From a virus (lineage: Duplodnaviria; Caudoviricetes), in IMG/VR virus record IMGVR_UViG_3300032030_000007, positions 64,001 through 128,000 of that record: 64,000 nt of DNA, one strand, 5' to 3'. Under the pieces are notes generated by a model that worked only from the letters and a program-made list of their open reading frames with translations, was not told where the DNA came from and made no database searches. The first letter of the stretch is position 1, and every line of letters begins with the position of its first letter. Positions 54,030-64,000 of the stretch are shown piece after piece. A program made the position numbers and the translations under genes.

Positions 54030-56561
54030 TTACATTTTTCTAAACGATGTCTTTAAGTCAAATCCATGTGAAAGAATTTTTGTCTTATTATCTGGATTAG
54101 CTATAGGCTCCTGTTTTACTGACCATAAGAAGTTTTCAATATTATTATATGTATTGATATCATTAAGTTCATCAAACCAATATTTTAATATATTATTAGA
54201 TAGCTTATTAAAGCATACATTCGTAATATAACGAATATCTGTAATCTTCCATTCATTTATCTTTTCAGCATATACAGTATTATTGAATAACTTATAATCA
54301 TACCAAACATATACTGGAGCATTAAGTTTATTGAATATTTCCTTACATTCAATCTTATATGTATTATCTGATATTTTTCCTTTAAGATTATAAGTAGAAA
54401 GCATCTTCAATTTATTAGGAATATATACTTCCTTGATTTCTTCATTCTTATATAATGAATTCATACAATAAGTACAGATCTTATTTTCTAATTCAGTTGT
54501 ATCTTTAATTGTAATCAATTCATCAATACAAGCTTTAGAATGAATAATATTAACAACCTCAGTACCACAAGCAGAATTAATACAAACTTTAAAATAAGGC
54601 TGAGCATATACATAAGGATAAATTCCAAATACGAACTTATCTATTGAAACATGACTAGGATATCTATAAAGACTATCTCCATAAACTGAACATCTATGCT
54701 TAAGATCAAAAAGATCTTCATAATTCTTTCCAATAATTTCAGGATTTCTCACATATGTAATGTCAGAATCATAATCAATTGTTAAGAAATCATAAAAGTC
54801 TTTATACTTAGATATAATTTTCATAAATTTCTGAATCTATAATATTGTTAGTAAATTTCTTTAAATAATTACGACGTTTCTTTCCAGCTATTTTACGAAT
54901 GCCTTTCATTCTGTCAGATTTAGAATCTCGTTCATTCATAAGATTATGTGTATCTTTAACAAGCCAAATGCCACCCATTAAACTACATCCATGAAACTCA
55001 CGAAGCAATGTATTATGATGTCCTCTTTGACCGTTACGAAGTAGACTCTTTGTAAATTCTTTTTTATATGTCTTGCTCATTTGTGATTATTATATTTCAA
55101 TTGTTCTTCTTTTGTATATATTGGATCAAAAAATTCTTTGCATGGACATCTCATTTTTTCTCCAACAAAATACATATCTTCTGATTTATCGTAATGAAGT
55201 ATCCCAGGCCGTTTTTTATTTATTTCTTCTCCTTTTGAGCATGGGTAATTTGATAATCATGTGGACCCCAAGCTGAACCACGATTTTTACAATTATTACA
55301 ATATGGTTTTCTACTTATTAACATTGTATTTATATTTACAAATTATGATATGTATTATTAATGTCTACAAAATTTACATAAAAACTATTCTCATCTCTTC
55401 GGATTATCTGATATCCCTGTAACAATAATAATGCTTCAACCTTTCCAGGAAGCTCACCACGTTCACCTTCTAAAATGAAACTAACATAACCATCTCTGAT
55501 TGATTCATAAATCTTCTTGTTTATATTTGCAATATATTCAGCATAAAAATCTTTAAACATTGGATCATTCTCCATGTCTGCCATTATCTTCTTAAGAGTC
55601 AATGTACGAGCAGTATCAACAGAAATAATATTAAATTTACTTTTTTCCATTATTCAAAAAGATTATTCAAAAAGATTTACATTACCATAAATAACTACTC
55701 TACTAAAGAACTTCTTTTGTGATGAACATGAAATTACATTGGAAACTCCATTTTCGTTTACAGTAATACGTTTCTTAAGATATATAGGTTTTTTGCCATG
55801 AATACCATAATATTCTTTAGTATCAATAAGTTTAATCTGCCATTTGTTATCTCCCTTCTTATTTACTTCAAGTACTTTAAAAGGGCCATCAGTATAAGAA
55901 TTTTTGTAATGCCAATATGGGTCATCTGAATTACTGTCTCTCCAAAAAGTCTGAAGTTTAATAAATTTACCTTCACAAAGATCCTCAGGATTCATTCCTT
56001 TAAAATTAAATGGATATTTCATCTTTTCGTATATGTTTTAAGTTCATCTATATTATTGAATTTCTTACCCCAGTTTGTCCAAGCACCAATTACTAATTTA
56101 GATGTTTGTGATACCTCTATATATAGCATCTCTGGATCTTTCTTATTGAAACGATACATAATGTTATATGAATAAACATAAGTATCTTTTTTGATTTCAA
56201 TAATGAAACTATATACTGCATTATCAGTAAGATACTTATTAAGTTCAGTATACGTAATCTTTCCAAATGAATTAATCCTTGGTCTCATCTATTATTCGTA
56301 AATTAAAATATCATTAAATCTATCATTAAGTTCAATTTTCTTATCAATACGAGCAATTGCAGTTTCGATTACATTTTCAATATCTGTGTTATCTGTAATG
56401 CAAGGATAAAATACATATTCTTGAGCAACTAAATCAAAAGCATCAGCAGAATATTTATTATTTGTATAATCATAATAAATTTCAATCCGATATCCTTTAT
56501 ACTCAGTAATATCTTCTCCAAATTCTCCTTTATGAAATTTATACCAATTGTAAAGATTCAT
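54030..56561 (-). other. Hypothetical genes (54030-54824, 54808-55080 basic, 55336-55650, 55663-56022, 56019-56288, 56292-56561)
   Basis: Co-oriented ORFs behind promoter copy 7. Confidence 0.65.
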
Positions 56562-56588
56562 TTTTATATATTATTTAAATTATAATTT

Positions 56589-56617
56589 AATATAGTATTT
56601 AATATTAAAAATTCAAA
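56589..56617 (-). promoter_or_regulatory. Conserved promoter (copy 7)
   Basis: TTTGAA-N15-ACTATATT. Confidence 0.8.
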
Positions 56618-56650
56618 AAGAATTTATATTTTTATATATAGTATATAAGT

Positions 56651-58768
56651 ATGAAAAGAAATGTAGTTAATATAGGAGAACATAGGTTTTTAATAGAACA
56701 TTATGATGCAGATACTGACTTAGGAAATATACAGTATTATGCAGAATTTGTTATGTTAAGAAATTTTTCAATTATAAACAATATAGCAAATGATACTGAT
56801 ATTTACATAATTGAAAAGTCTTTCTTTAATGAATATATAAAGGAATTAAAAGAAAATAATGATCATCATGGAGAATCAATAGTATTTCCTGATACATCAT
56901 CAGATATAATATCATATTCAAATACATATATAAAGTTTAATTCAAGTTTCAATTTGAATGATAACTTATCATTATATAATGGAGATGAATATGGAGATGC
57001 TGTTTATGAAATATATGAAAAGAAAAATAATAGATTAGTTTCTAAGAAAATTAAATGTGATAAGATAAGAATATATCATCCAATGTCTAAAAAGAATATG
57101 GATGCTATTATAGATATAACTAATTATATAAACAATATTCATTTTCATTATTTATGCAAACAGATAAAAGATTATGAACCAAAAACAGAAACAGAAATAA
57201 AAGTAAATAATGAAGTATATTCTGAATTTATAGAAATATATTATCCAAATCTTAATGACTTATTTAAGATTAATGACGATGGAGAATATATGACTTTTTA
57301 TAAAGAAGATATGGATATTGTTGCTTCAACAAAAAATGAAAGGTTTATTAATTCTATAATGAGTAATTCTGATGATCTTATTCAGTCTGAAGATTATGAT
57401 GGTGCTCAAATAGTACCAATGAATTTATTAATACAACCATACAGAATAGTTGAAGAATATGCTGCTGAAAACGCATTAAACTATGATGAAGATTTATCGA
57501 ATGATGATAAGATATTTGTAAAGCTTTATTTAAAAAATAAGTTATCTATTGAAAATAATTATCTTACATATCCTATAAATTTGATAATATATCCTTTTAG
57601 TAAAATTGATGATGAATTACAACTTTATAGAATTAATGATAATTTAAATTCAGTAACATCATCATTTACAAATAATATCAAATTTGAATTAAATTCATGT
57701 TTAGGTTTTGATGGCGGAATAATTTCAATTATTACATTCTTTAAATATCCTAATGAATCATACTTTTATAATTTATATAAAAACGATTCTACAACAACAC
57801 CAGTTAAAGAAGCATATGTATATTATAATAGTATTGATACAGATATATATAATATGTTCATTAATGAAGATATACAAAAACAGTTAGAAACTATTGATAG
57901 TGTAAATTCAATTAATGACCAAATAAAGCAACAGGTTATAGAGATTACAAATACTGCATATTCAAGTGATGATGAAATATTGGAGAAATGGAAATCATTA
58001 ATGAAAGAATCAATATTGAAAGAATATGAAGATGAAATGGGAACACCAAGTAATTTCTTAGGATTTAAAGTACAGATATCATCTTCAATATGGTTCAATA
58101 ATATTATATATGACAAAAACGTTAGAATTAACTTAGATGATTTAGATGATTTCTCATTTGCATTAAATGGAATATTTCAACAATATAAGCAATTTCCTGA
58201 GCAATTAGTAGCGAGAATATTATTCTATGATAGGATACTTGGAATTGAACTCGTAAGTAATCCTATTATTATAAGTAATGAATGGCGTAAATATTTAATT
58301 AATGATAATAACATATATAGATTACATAGTCTATCTCAAATAAATTATAATTTAGGTAATTCTGATGATATGAAAGAAATAAGATTACAAGAAAACAATA
58401 TAAACTTTATTAATAACATTAAATGCAGAGTCAATAAGAACGATTCAACAAATGCTATTAAGCCTACTGAAAGCAATATTCAGAAGATAATATATAAGCC
58501 TATATTCTATAAAGTTAAAGAACTTCAGAATATTAAGTTAGTTAAAGGCATATCTCAAAATATTGGAATTAACCTATCTGAATATATGACAAAAGTTGAA
58601 ACATTTAAAATCAATATAGATGGAACACAATATGTTGAAACTGGAAGAAATGATATATATGTAATATTCAATATTAATACTGCTATTATTTCAAAAACAT
58701 CAGGATATTATAATATTGTTAATCAAGATGATGATTATATATCATCTGGAAACTGGGAAATTAAATAA
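56651..58768 (+). CDS. Large hypothetical protein, probably structural (baseplate region)
   Basis: 705 aa, directly upstream of gp25/gp6-like genes. Confidence 0.55.
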   Translation: MKRNVVNIGEHRFLIEHYDADTDLGNIQYYAEFVMLRNFSIINNIANDTDIYIIEKSFFNEYIKELKENNDHHGESIVFPDTSSDIISYSNTYIKFNSSFNLNDNLSLYNGDEYGDAVYEIYEKKNNRLVSKKIKCDKIRIYHPMSKKNMDAIIDITNYINNIHFHYLCKQIKDYEPKTETEIKVNNEVYSEFIEIYYPNLNDLFKINDDGEYMTFYKEDMDIVASTKNERFINSIMSNSDDLIQSEDYDGAQIVPMNLLIQPYRIVEEYAAENALNYDEDLSNDDKIFVKLYLKNKLSIENNYLTYPINLIIYPFSKIDDELQLYRINDNLNSVTSSFTNNIKFELNSCLGFDGGIISIITFFKYPNESYFYNLYKNDSTTTPVKEAYVYYNSIDTDIYNMFINEDIQKQLETIDSVNSINDQIKQQVIEITNTAYSSDDEILEKWKSLMKESILKEYEDEMGTPSNFLGFKVQISSSIWFNNIIYDKNVRINLDDLDDFSFALNGIFQQYKQFPEQLVARILFYDRILGIELVSNPIIISNEWRKYLINDNNIYRLHSLSQINYNLGNSDDMKEIRLQENNINFINNIKCRVNKNDSTNAIKPTESNIQKIIYKPIFYKVKELQNIKLVKGISQNIGINLSEYMTKVETFKINIDGTQYVETGRNDIYVIFNINTAIISKTSGYYNIVNQDDDYISSGNWEIK

Positions 58769-58777
58769 TTATATATT

Positions 58778-59119
58778 ATGATAGATTTAGCATTAGACGG
58801 AAGAGTAATTATTAGAAACTTAATGGATGAAGCTGTTCAGGAATTGGATATATTATTTAATACAGATACAACTGAATTATTAGGATATCCTACATACGGT
58901 ACAAATTTTGAACAGTTTCTATGGAGAATATCTCCAGAAGAAGATCAATTAAGACAATATATTAGAGATAAAATTGCATCTACATTATATCTTTCACAAT
59001 TAAAGACCGATGTAGAAGTTACAACAGATTTTGGCCAATATCGTCTTATATATAAAATAAGAATACATGTATATGACAATAACAATAACGAAGTAATTCG
59101 TAACTATGAATTTAGATAA
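58778..59119 (+). CDS. Baseplate wedge protein, gp25-like
   Basis: Q.L..LF.T...E.LG.P.YGTN....L motif; size; adjacent to a gp6-like gene. Confidence 0.7.
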   Translation: MIDLALDGRVIIRNLMDEAVQELDILFNTDTTELLGYPTYGTNFEQFLWRISPEEDQLRQYIRDKIASTLYLSQLKTDVEVTTDFGQYRLIYKIRIHVYDNNNNEVIRNYEFR

Positions 59120-59136
59120 TATAAAGATAATATAAT

Positions 59137-60822
59137 ATGAAATTATTTAAGACAATAGATACTTCTTTTGAAAAATTTGATAATACGATTAATCAATATT
59201 TATCAAAAGCATTAAATGCTATTGGAATGCAATATTCAAATAATCAATTATTTGGTATTATATTCAATGGTATCAAGGGTGTTATGCAGAATGCTATGTT
59301 TTATATAGAAGATGCTTTAACAGAACAAAATATATTTAAAGCAAGTAGAAAGCAATCTGTATATTCATTAGCAAAAGTTTCTGGTTATGAAGCATATTAT
59401 GGTTCAGCTGCTTCAGGATTATTGCTTGGCAAACTTGAGATTAATAATGGTTTAGATTCAAAATCTACGAAAGTATTTATTCATAATCATTGCACAGTAA
59501 GAAATAAGAATACTGGTGTAGAATATTCAATAATACTTCCAACTGATACTTATGTATTTGATGTTTCAAAACCATTAGTAACTCACCAATTTAAAATTGT
59601 CCAAGGAGAATATGAAAGATATGTGTATAGTGCTAAAGGAACATCATTAGAAGCAATACATATAACTTCATTACAATTATTTGATAGATCATATATAGAA
59701 GTAAAAGTAAATGGTGAAACATGGGAAGAAGTTGGCAATCTTTATGATATGACTGAAGATGGTCACGAATATATGTTATCAATAGGTTATGACAATACTT
59801 TTGATATAATATTTGGTAATGGTGTTTATGGAAAGATTATGGAAGAAGGTGATTCTGTAACAGTTGATTATTTAAAGCACACTGGTGAATCTGGAAACAT
59901 TTCAGAAAATACTGCTACAGATTTTATATTTTCAGAATATGGTAAAGATAGTTTAGGAAACAGTATTAACATAAATGATTATATGAAATTAACAATGTCT
60001 ACTTGTGTATCAGGTGGAACTGATTCTGATACTATTGATTTTATTAGAAATATGGTAGGAACAAATTCTCGTTCATTAGTATTGGCATCTGAAGACAATT
60101 TCAGACTATTCTTTAAACGTTTTTCATTTATAGGATATATATCTTGTTGGTCAGAATCAAATAATATGACGGTTAATGTTGTTGCGTTAACTAATATCAA
60201 AGAACGTCTGAAGTCAAATAAAGATTATCTTAAGTATGATGCAAAAGATATGGTTCTGAATAAAGAGCAAAAAGATATGATTATTAATACATTGGAAAAT
60301 TCTAAAAAGACTTTTGCTGGAATAACAATTAACTTTAAAGATCCCGTTATTAGAAAATATGCATTCTTATGTTATGTAAAAATAGATAACGTATATGTTA
60401 AAGATACTGTAAGAGATTCAATTCGCAATACATTATTAGATTATTTCATTAATCTTAAAGATAGTACACAATTTATTTCAAAGGCTGAACTGATATCTAA
60501 TATAATGAATAACTGTTCTGATATAAAAGGATTAGACATTAATATTATATCTGAAGCAGCAGAAAAAGCATATTATGAAAATTCATATATTAAATACGAA
60601 TTAAAACATAATAATGGTGTTTACTATTATATTCCTGTTAAACACATATATGATAAATCTGATTTGCCAGGATTAGATGAATATGGAAATATTTCATTAG
60701 ATTCTAAACTTGAAGTGCCAATGCTTCATGGTGGATTTAAATATTATCCTGAGAAAGAAGGATCAATTAAGAATAAAAAAGATTCAATAATGATTAACGA
60801 TATAGAAATTTATTTTATATAA
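59137..60822 (+). CDS. Baseplate wedge subunit, T4 gp6/baseplate J-like
   Basis: E.NI..A....SVY.LAK..GY, I.FGNG..GK, V.YL...G..GN, GG.D.D....IR. Confidence 0.8.
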   Translation: MKLFKTIDTSFEKFDNTINQYLSKALNAIGMQYSNNQLFGIIFNGIKGVMQNAMFYIEDALTEQNIFKASRKQSVYSLAKVSGYEAYYGSAASGLLLGKLEINNGLDSKSTKVFIHNHCTVRNKNTGVEYSIILPTDTYVFDVSKPLVTHQFKIVQGEYERYVYSAKGTSLEAIHITSLQLFDRSYIEVKVNGETWEEVGNLYDMTEDGHEYMLSIGYDNTFDIIFGNGVYGKIMEEGDSVTVDYLKHTGESGNISENTATDFIFSEYGKDSLGNSININDYMKLTMSTCVSGGTDSDTIDFIRNMVGTNSRSLVLASEDNFRLFFKRFSFIGYISCWSESNNMTVNVVALTNIKERLKSNKDYLKYDAKDMVLNKEQKDMIINTLENSKKTFAGITINFKDPVIRKYAFLCYVKIDNVYVKDTVRDSIRNTLLDYFINLKDSTQFISKAELISNIMNNCSDIKGLDINIISEAAEKAYYENSYIKYELKHNNGVYYYIPVKHIYDKSDLPGLDEYGNISLDSKLEVPMLHGGFKYYPEKEGSIKNKKDSIMINDIEIYFI

Positions 60823-60829
60823 TTAAAAT

Positions 60830-62467
60830 ATGACTACCTTTTTAAATTTTTTAGAAAGAAGACAGAAACTTGTTACAGAAAGTTTCAATAATAAAGATAT
60901 AGATAATGCATTTGAGAAAATAGATGCAGTATTAAAGAAACATATTGAAGGACTTATTCCATTAATTGGATATGTTAAAGTTAAACAATCTGATTCTGAA
61001 TATATGTCTAAGCAATATATGATTGTTCCAAAAAAGAATCCAGAAAATGCATCATTATTCCAAATTAACTTTAAACAGTCTGGAGATGATTCAAACGTAT
61101 TTTCTATAGATTTCTTTAAAGACATGGATATACTTTGGACAGGTAAAGCAAAAGCAAATCTTACGATTTATACAATGGGTAGTTCTATAGTATATTTCTT
61201 ACCTATCATTTGGACTGTTGTAAATACTGGTGATTATAATCTTTCTGAACGTGAAGCTTTAGATTTAGGAAGAAAAATATTTAAAGATGAAAAGATTAAA
61301 GAAGGTTTAATATATAGAGGAACATTAACATACCGTATTTTTGAAAATCTTTCTTCAAATATTATTAATGATGTATTTGAATTAAACATAGCAAATACTA
61401 TATTTAATAATCAACAAACAATACAAGAAATGGAAGACGACGTAAGAGATTACAAGAATCGAAAAATTAAGGATCTTGAGCATAAGCGTGCGCATAAGAA
61501 TGATTCTCCAGAAGCAAAAAACGCTTGGAAACAAGCTGTAGAAGATATTAAAGATATTGATAAAGCTATTCGTGGCGGTGCTAATACTTTACAAGAACTT
61601 AGATTAGCATTAAAACATAATTTATCAGTTTCAATGGAAATTGATAAAGAATTAGAAAAAGCTCAAAAGCAATTTGAAGAGGAACGTGATGATCCTGAAA
61701 TGGTGTTCAAGAAAATGAACAAATATGTTAAAATGGTTATCAAAGGAATTAACCCATCAGTTATATTATGCGGTGCTCCTGGTGTTGGTAAGACATATAA
61801 TGTAAAGAAACAACTTAAAGCTGCTGGATATAATGAAGGACATAATCTTATTACAATAAAAGGCAAATGTACTGCAAGAGTATTATATCTTACTTTACAT
61901 GAATATAAAGATAAAGGAAACATCGTATTAATTGATGATGCTGATGGATTAGTTGGCCCTGGTGCTTCAGAAGACTGTATTAATATTCTTAAAGCTGCAT
62001 TGGATTCTACTTCTGATGATGAAGGACGTTTAGTAAGTTATGGCGTAAGTGGTCCTCTTAAGGATGACGAAGGAACACCTATGGAAAAACGTTTCTATTA
62101 TAACGGTGGAATTATCGTTATTACAAACTATCAGGCAGGTTCGCTTGATACTGCATTAAGAGGACGATCATTCGTACAGGATATCAAATTTACCACTGAA
62201 GAACTTTTGGATATCATTAAGAAACTTATGCCAGCGATTGATCCTGAGCATCTTTCACCAAAATCAAAGATTAAGGCATATGATTATCTTGTAGAACTTT
62301 CAAATGCTGATGCTGAAATGGAAGTATCAATCCGTACATTCGGAATATGTGCAAAGATATTTGAAACTGCTGCAGGTGATCCTGATTTTACTGATGATGA
62401 TGCTAAATCAATGATTAAAGAACAAATGAAACTTCAGGCTCAAAGATTGAAAAGAAAGAAATATTAA
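60830..62467 (+). CDS. AAA+ family ATPase with N-terminal extension
   Basis: Walker A GAPGVGKT, Walker B VLIDDAD, ILKAALD, IVITN, ALRGR. Confidence 0.85.
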   Translation: MTTFLNFLERRQKLVTESFNNKDIDNAFEKIDAVLKKHIEGLIPLIGYVKVKQSDSEYMSKQYMIVPKKNPENASLFQINFKQSGDDSNVFSIDFFKDMDILWTGKAKANLTIYTMGSSIVYFLPIIWTVVNTGDYNLSEREALDLGRKIFKDEKIKEGLIYRGTLTYRIFENLSSNIINDVFELNIANTIFNNQQTIQEMEDDVRDYKNRKIKDLEHKRAHKNDSPEAKNAWKQAVEDIKDIDKAIRGGANTLQELRLALKHNLSVSMEIDKELEKAQKQFEEERDDPEMVFKKMNKYVKMVIKGINPSVILCGAPGVGKTYNVKKQLKAAGYNEGHNLITIKGKCTARVLYLTLHEYKDKGNIVLIDDADGLVGPGASEDCINILKAALDSTSDDEGRLVSYGVSGPLKDDEGTPMEKRFYYNGGIIVITNYQAGSLDTALRGRSFVQDIKFTTEELLDIIKKLMPAIDPEHLSPKSKIKAYDYLVELSNADAEMEVSIRTFGICAKIFETAAGDPDFTDDDAKSMIKEQMKLQAQRLKRKKY

Positions 62468-62490
62468 TATTATTAAGATATATTTCATAG

Positions 62491-62520
62491 AAGATAGGTT
62501 ATTAATTAACCTATCTTTTT
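62491..62520 (+). terminator. Intrinsic terminator
   Basis: aagataggtta...taacctatctt plus T-run. Confidence 0.75.
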
Positions 62521-62553
62521 TATTATTATATATATTTATTGAATTAAATTATA

Positions 62554-62937
62554 ATGAAAAGTATCTACGATATTATAAATGAAAGCAAATCAATAGATTC
62601 AGGATTATTAGAATTTAAAGATGGTTCTGATAGCGTTGTATCTATGATAGTAAAACGTATGGAAATATGGGATGCAAATAAAACTCCTACATCAAGACTT
62701 CCAATGTTTTTAGTAAGTGAAAATCATGAAGCAATAAGATGGGTACAAAAGAAATATCTTACAACACCTAAAGACAGTGGAGAGACTGTTGAAACTTATG
62801 ATGGATATTTCAAAGAATATCTTATGAAGAAAAATACTCCAAATGATTGTTATATAATTGGTGTATTTGTAGATAGATGCTTCATACCAATTATCAATAA
62901 AGAAACATATGACAATATAATTGAAAAGATTTCTTAA
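62554..62937 (+). CDS. Putative capsid-targeted protein
   Basis: N-terminus MKSIYDIINE-S. Confidence 0.55.
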   Translation: MKSIYDIINESKSIDSGLLEFKDGSDSVVSMIVKRMEIWDANKTPTSRLPMFLVSENHEAIRWVQKKYLTTPKDSGETVETYDGYFKEYLMKKNTPNDCYIIGVFVDRCFIPIINKETYDNIIEKIS

Positions 62938-63092
62938 TATATGAAAATCCAATTCTTAACAGATAGAATAGGATTTAATATTATAGATGGCGGTAAAATA
63001 TTAGAAACTAGAATATTTAACGATGAAAAAGATATGTATAATTTTTTATACATAAAAATGCATGCAAGAGAATATATAGATTTTTTAGAAAT

Positions 63093-63380
63093 ATGAAAAC
63101 TATTTCAGAACAAGAAAATAAACAAGAAACAATAAATGAATCTTTAGCATATGAAGAAATCATTCAAAAACTTAATGAAGCTAAAGAAAACAATACTCCT
63201 ATTGAAGAAGGATTACTTGGCGCAATAGGTGGAGTTATTCTCGGTACAACAATTGGACCTAAACTTGGTGCTGCAATATGTAAAGCTTTAGGATGTGATC
63301 CAAAAGGAACATTCGGATCTTTATTGACATCTAAGTTAGTTATGGCGAGTATTTGTGGAACAATGGGTTGGAAAATGTGA
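63093..63380 (+). CDS. Small protein with glycine-zipper hydrophobic C-terminal half
   Basis: INES, LNEA and IEEG sites followed by GLLGAIGGVILG...LGAAI..ALG. Confidence 0.6.
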   Translation: MKTISEQENKQETINESLAYEEIIQKLNEAKENNTPIEEGLLGAIGGVILGTTIGPKLGAAICKALGCDPKGTFGSLLTSKLVMASICGTMGWKM

Positions 63381-63512
63381 TAAATATTATAATTTTTATT
63401 AATCAAATAGAATTTTAATTATTATTAAATAAATAATAAATGATATAAAAGTAATATAACAAATCATTTTGTTATAAATTAAAGATATAAAAATATAACA
63501 AATATATAAAGT

Positions 63513-64000
63513 ATGAGCGAAAAATTATTGACAAACCTTAACTTTGCCGAACTTATATCTAAGAATGAAGCAATAACTGAGGCAGGTAAGGAAATGCTTA
63601 AGGGATACCGCGGATATTGCTATGGTAATCCAGTTTCATGTTCTTTGGTAAACAACTTTGTCGCTGAAGCTTCAAAGTACGGCTTTGATACAGGTTTAAC
63701 CAATATTTTAGAATCTGTTAACAACTTCATCAAAGAAAATAACATATCATGGAAATTGGCATCTGCATGTGAAAGCATATCTGCAAATAATTCAACATAT
63801 AACTATATCAATAAGATTGGTGTATCTCAGGTTGAAAATCTTTTAGAAATGAACGAAGCTGAAGTAGTTAGCTATATTAAGGCAGGTGCATTAAAGAACA
63901 TTCAGTATATACCTGAATTCCGTACAATATGTAAAGAAGTTTATAAGACACAGGTTACTGAAGCTCAAGCAGTTAATTACAACGTAGTAAATCCAATTAG
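63513..64000 (+). CDS. Partial ORF running off the window (MSEKLLTNLNFAEL...), possibly a head/core protein
   Basis: Open frame from ATG 63513 to the window end; ITEA, ILES and VTEA sites. Confidence 0.65.
   Translation, partial: MSEKLLTNLNFAELISKNEAITEAGKEMLKGYRGYCYGNPVSCSLVNNFVAEASKYGFDTGLTNILESVNNFIKENNISWKLASACESISANNSTYNYINKIGVSQVENLLEMNEAEVVSYIKAGALKNIQYIPEFRTICKEVYKTQVTEAQAVNYNVVNPI

Noticed and set aside
449-63406. Many short opposite-strand or nested ORFs in the track (e.g. 594-968, 8930-9118, 15437-15745, 33375-33731, 47889-48206, 60823-61125)
   Set aside because: They are antisense shadows of well-supported genes, with no motifs and atypical composition

Overview
This is a very AT-rich, gene-dense segment of a large T4-like myovirus genome, best matching a Lak-type megaphage of a Bacteroidota (Prevotella/Bacteroides-like) host. 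Evidence for this assignment: gp25/gp6-like baseplate genes, a gp32-like SSB, nrdD/nrdG split by a homing-endonuclease-like gene, a Bacteroidales-type IF-1, a malate dehydrogenase, and no obvious Shine-Dalgarno motifs. Long ORFs read cleanly in code 11, so TAG recoding is not apparent here. Main points: (1) A two-part minus-strand DNA-hypermodification system (34105-39203 and 43067-47600). It has a T4 gp42-like dCMP hydroxymethylase, a dNMP kinase, what looks like a self-contained NDP-sugar pathway (two nucleotidyltransferases, kinase, HAD phosphatase, epimerase) and three putative glycosyltransferases, predicting hmC decorated with a non-glucose, possibly multi-sugar group. (2) At least 9-11 unrelated proteins share a 10-residue N-terminal M-K-x-[LI]-x-x-[YFIV]-I-x-E signal like the T4 capsid-targeting sequence, predicting a packaged and injected cargo set. 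(3) Seven exact copies of a TTTGAA-N15-ACTATATT promoter lie on the minus strand. (4) There is a GC-richer, ORF-free structured-RNA candidate (~41288-41620) and an 84-bp element with perfect 26-bp inverted arms. (5) Anti-defence and host-takeover genes include a gp30.3-like NADAR, an ART-like protein, a RimK-protease fusion, IF-1 and MDH. All protein calls come from motif recognition by eye; no database searches were run.
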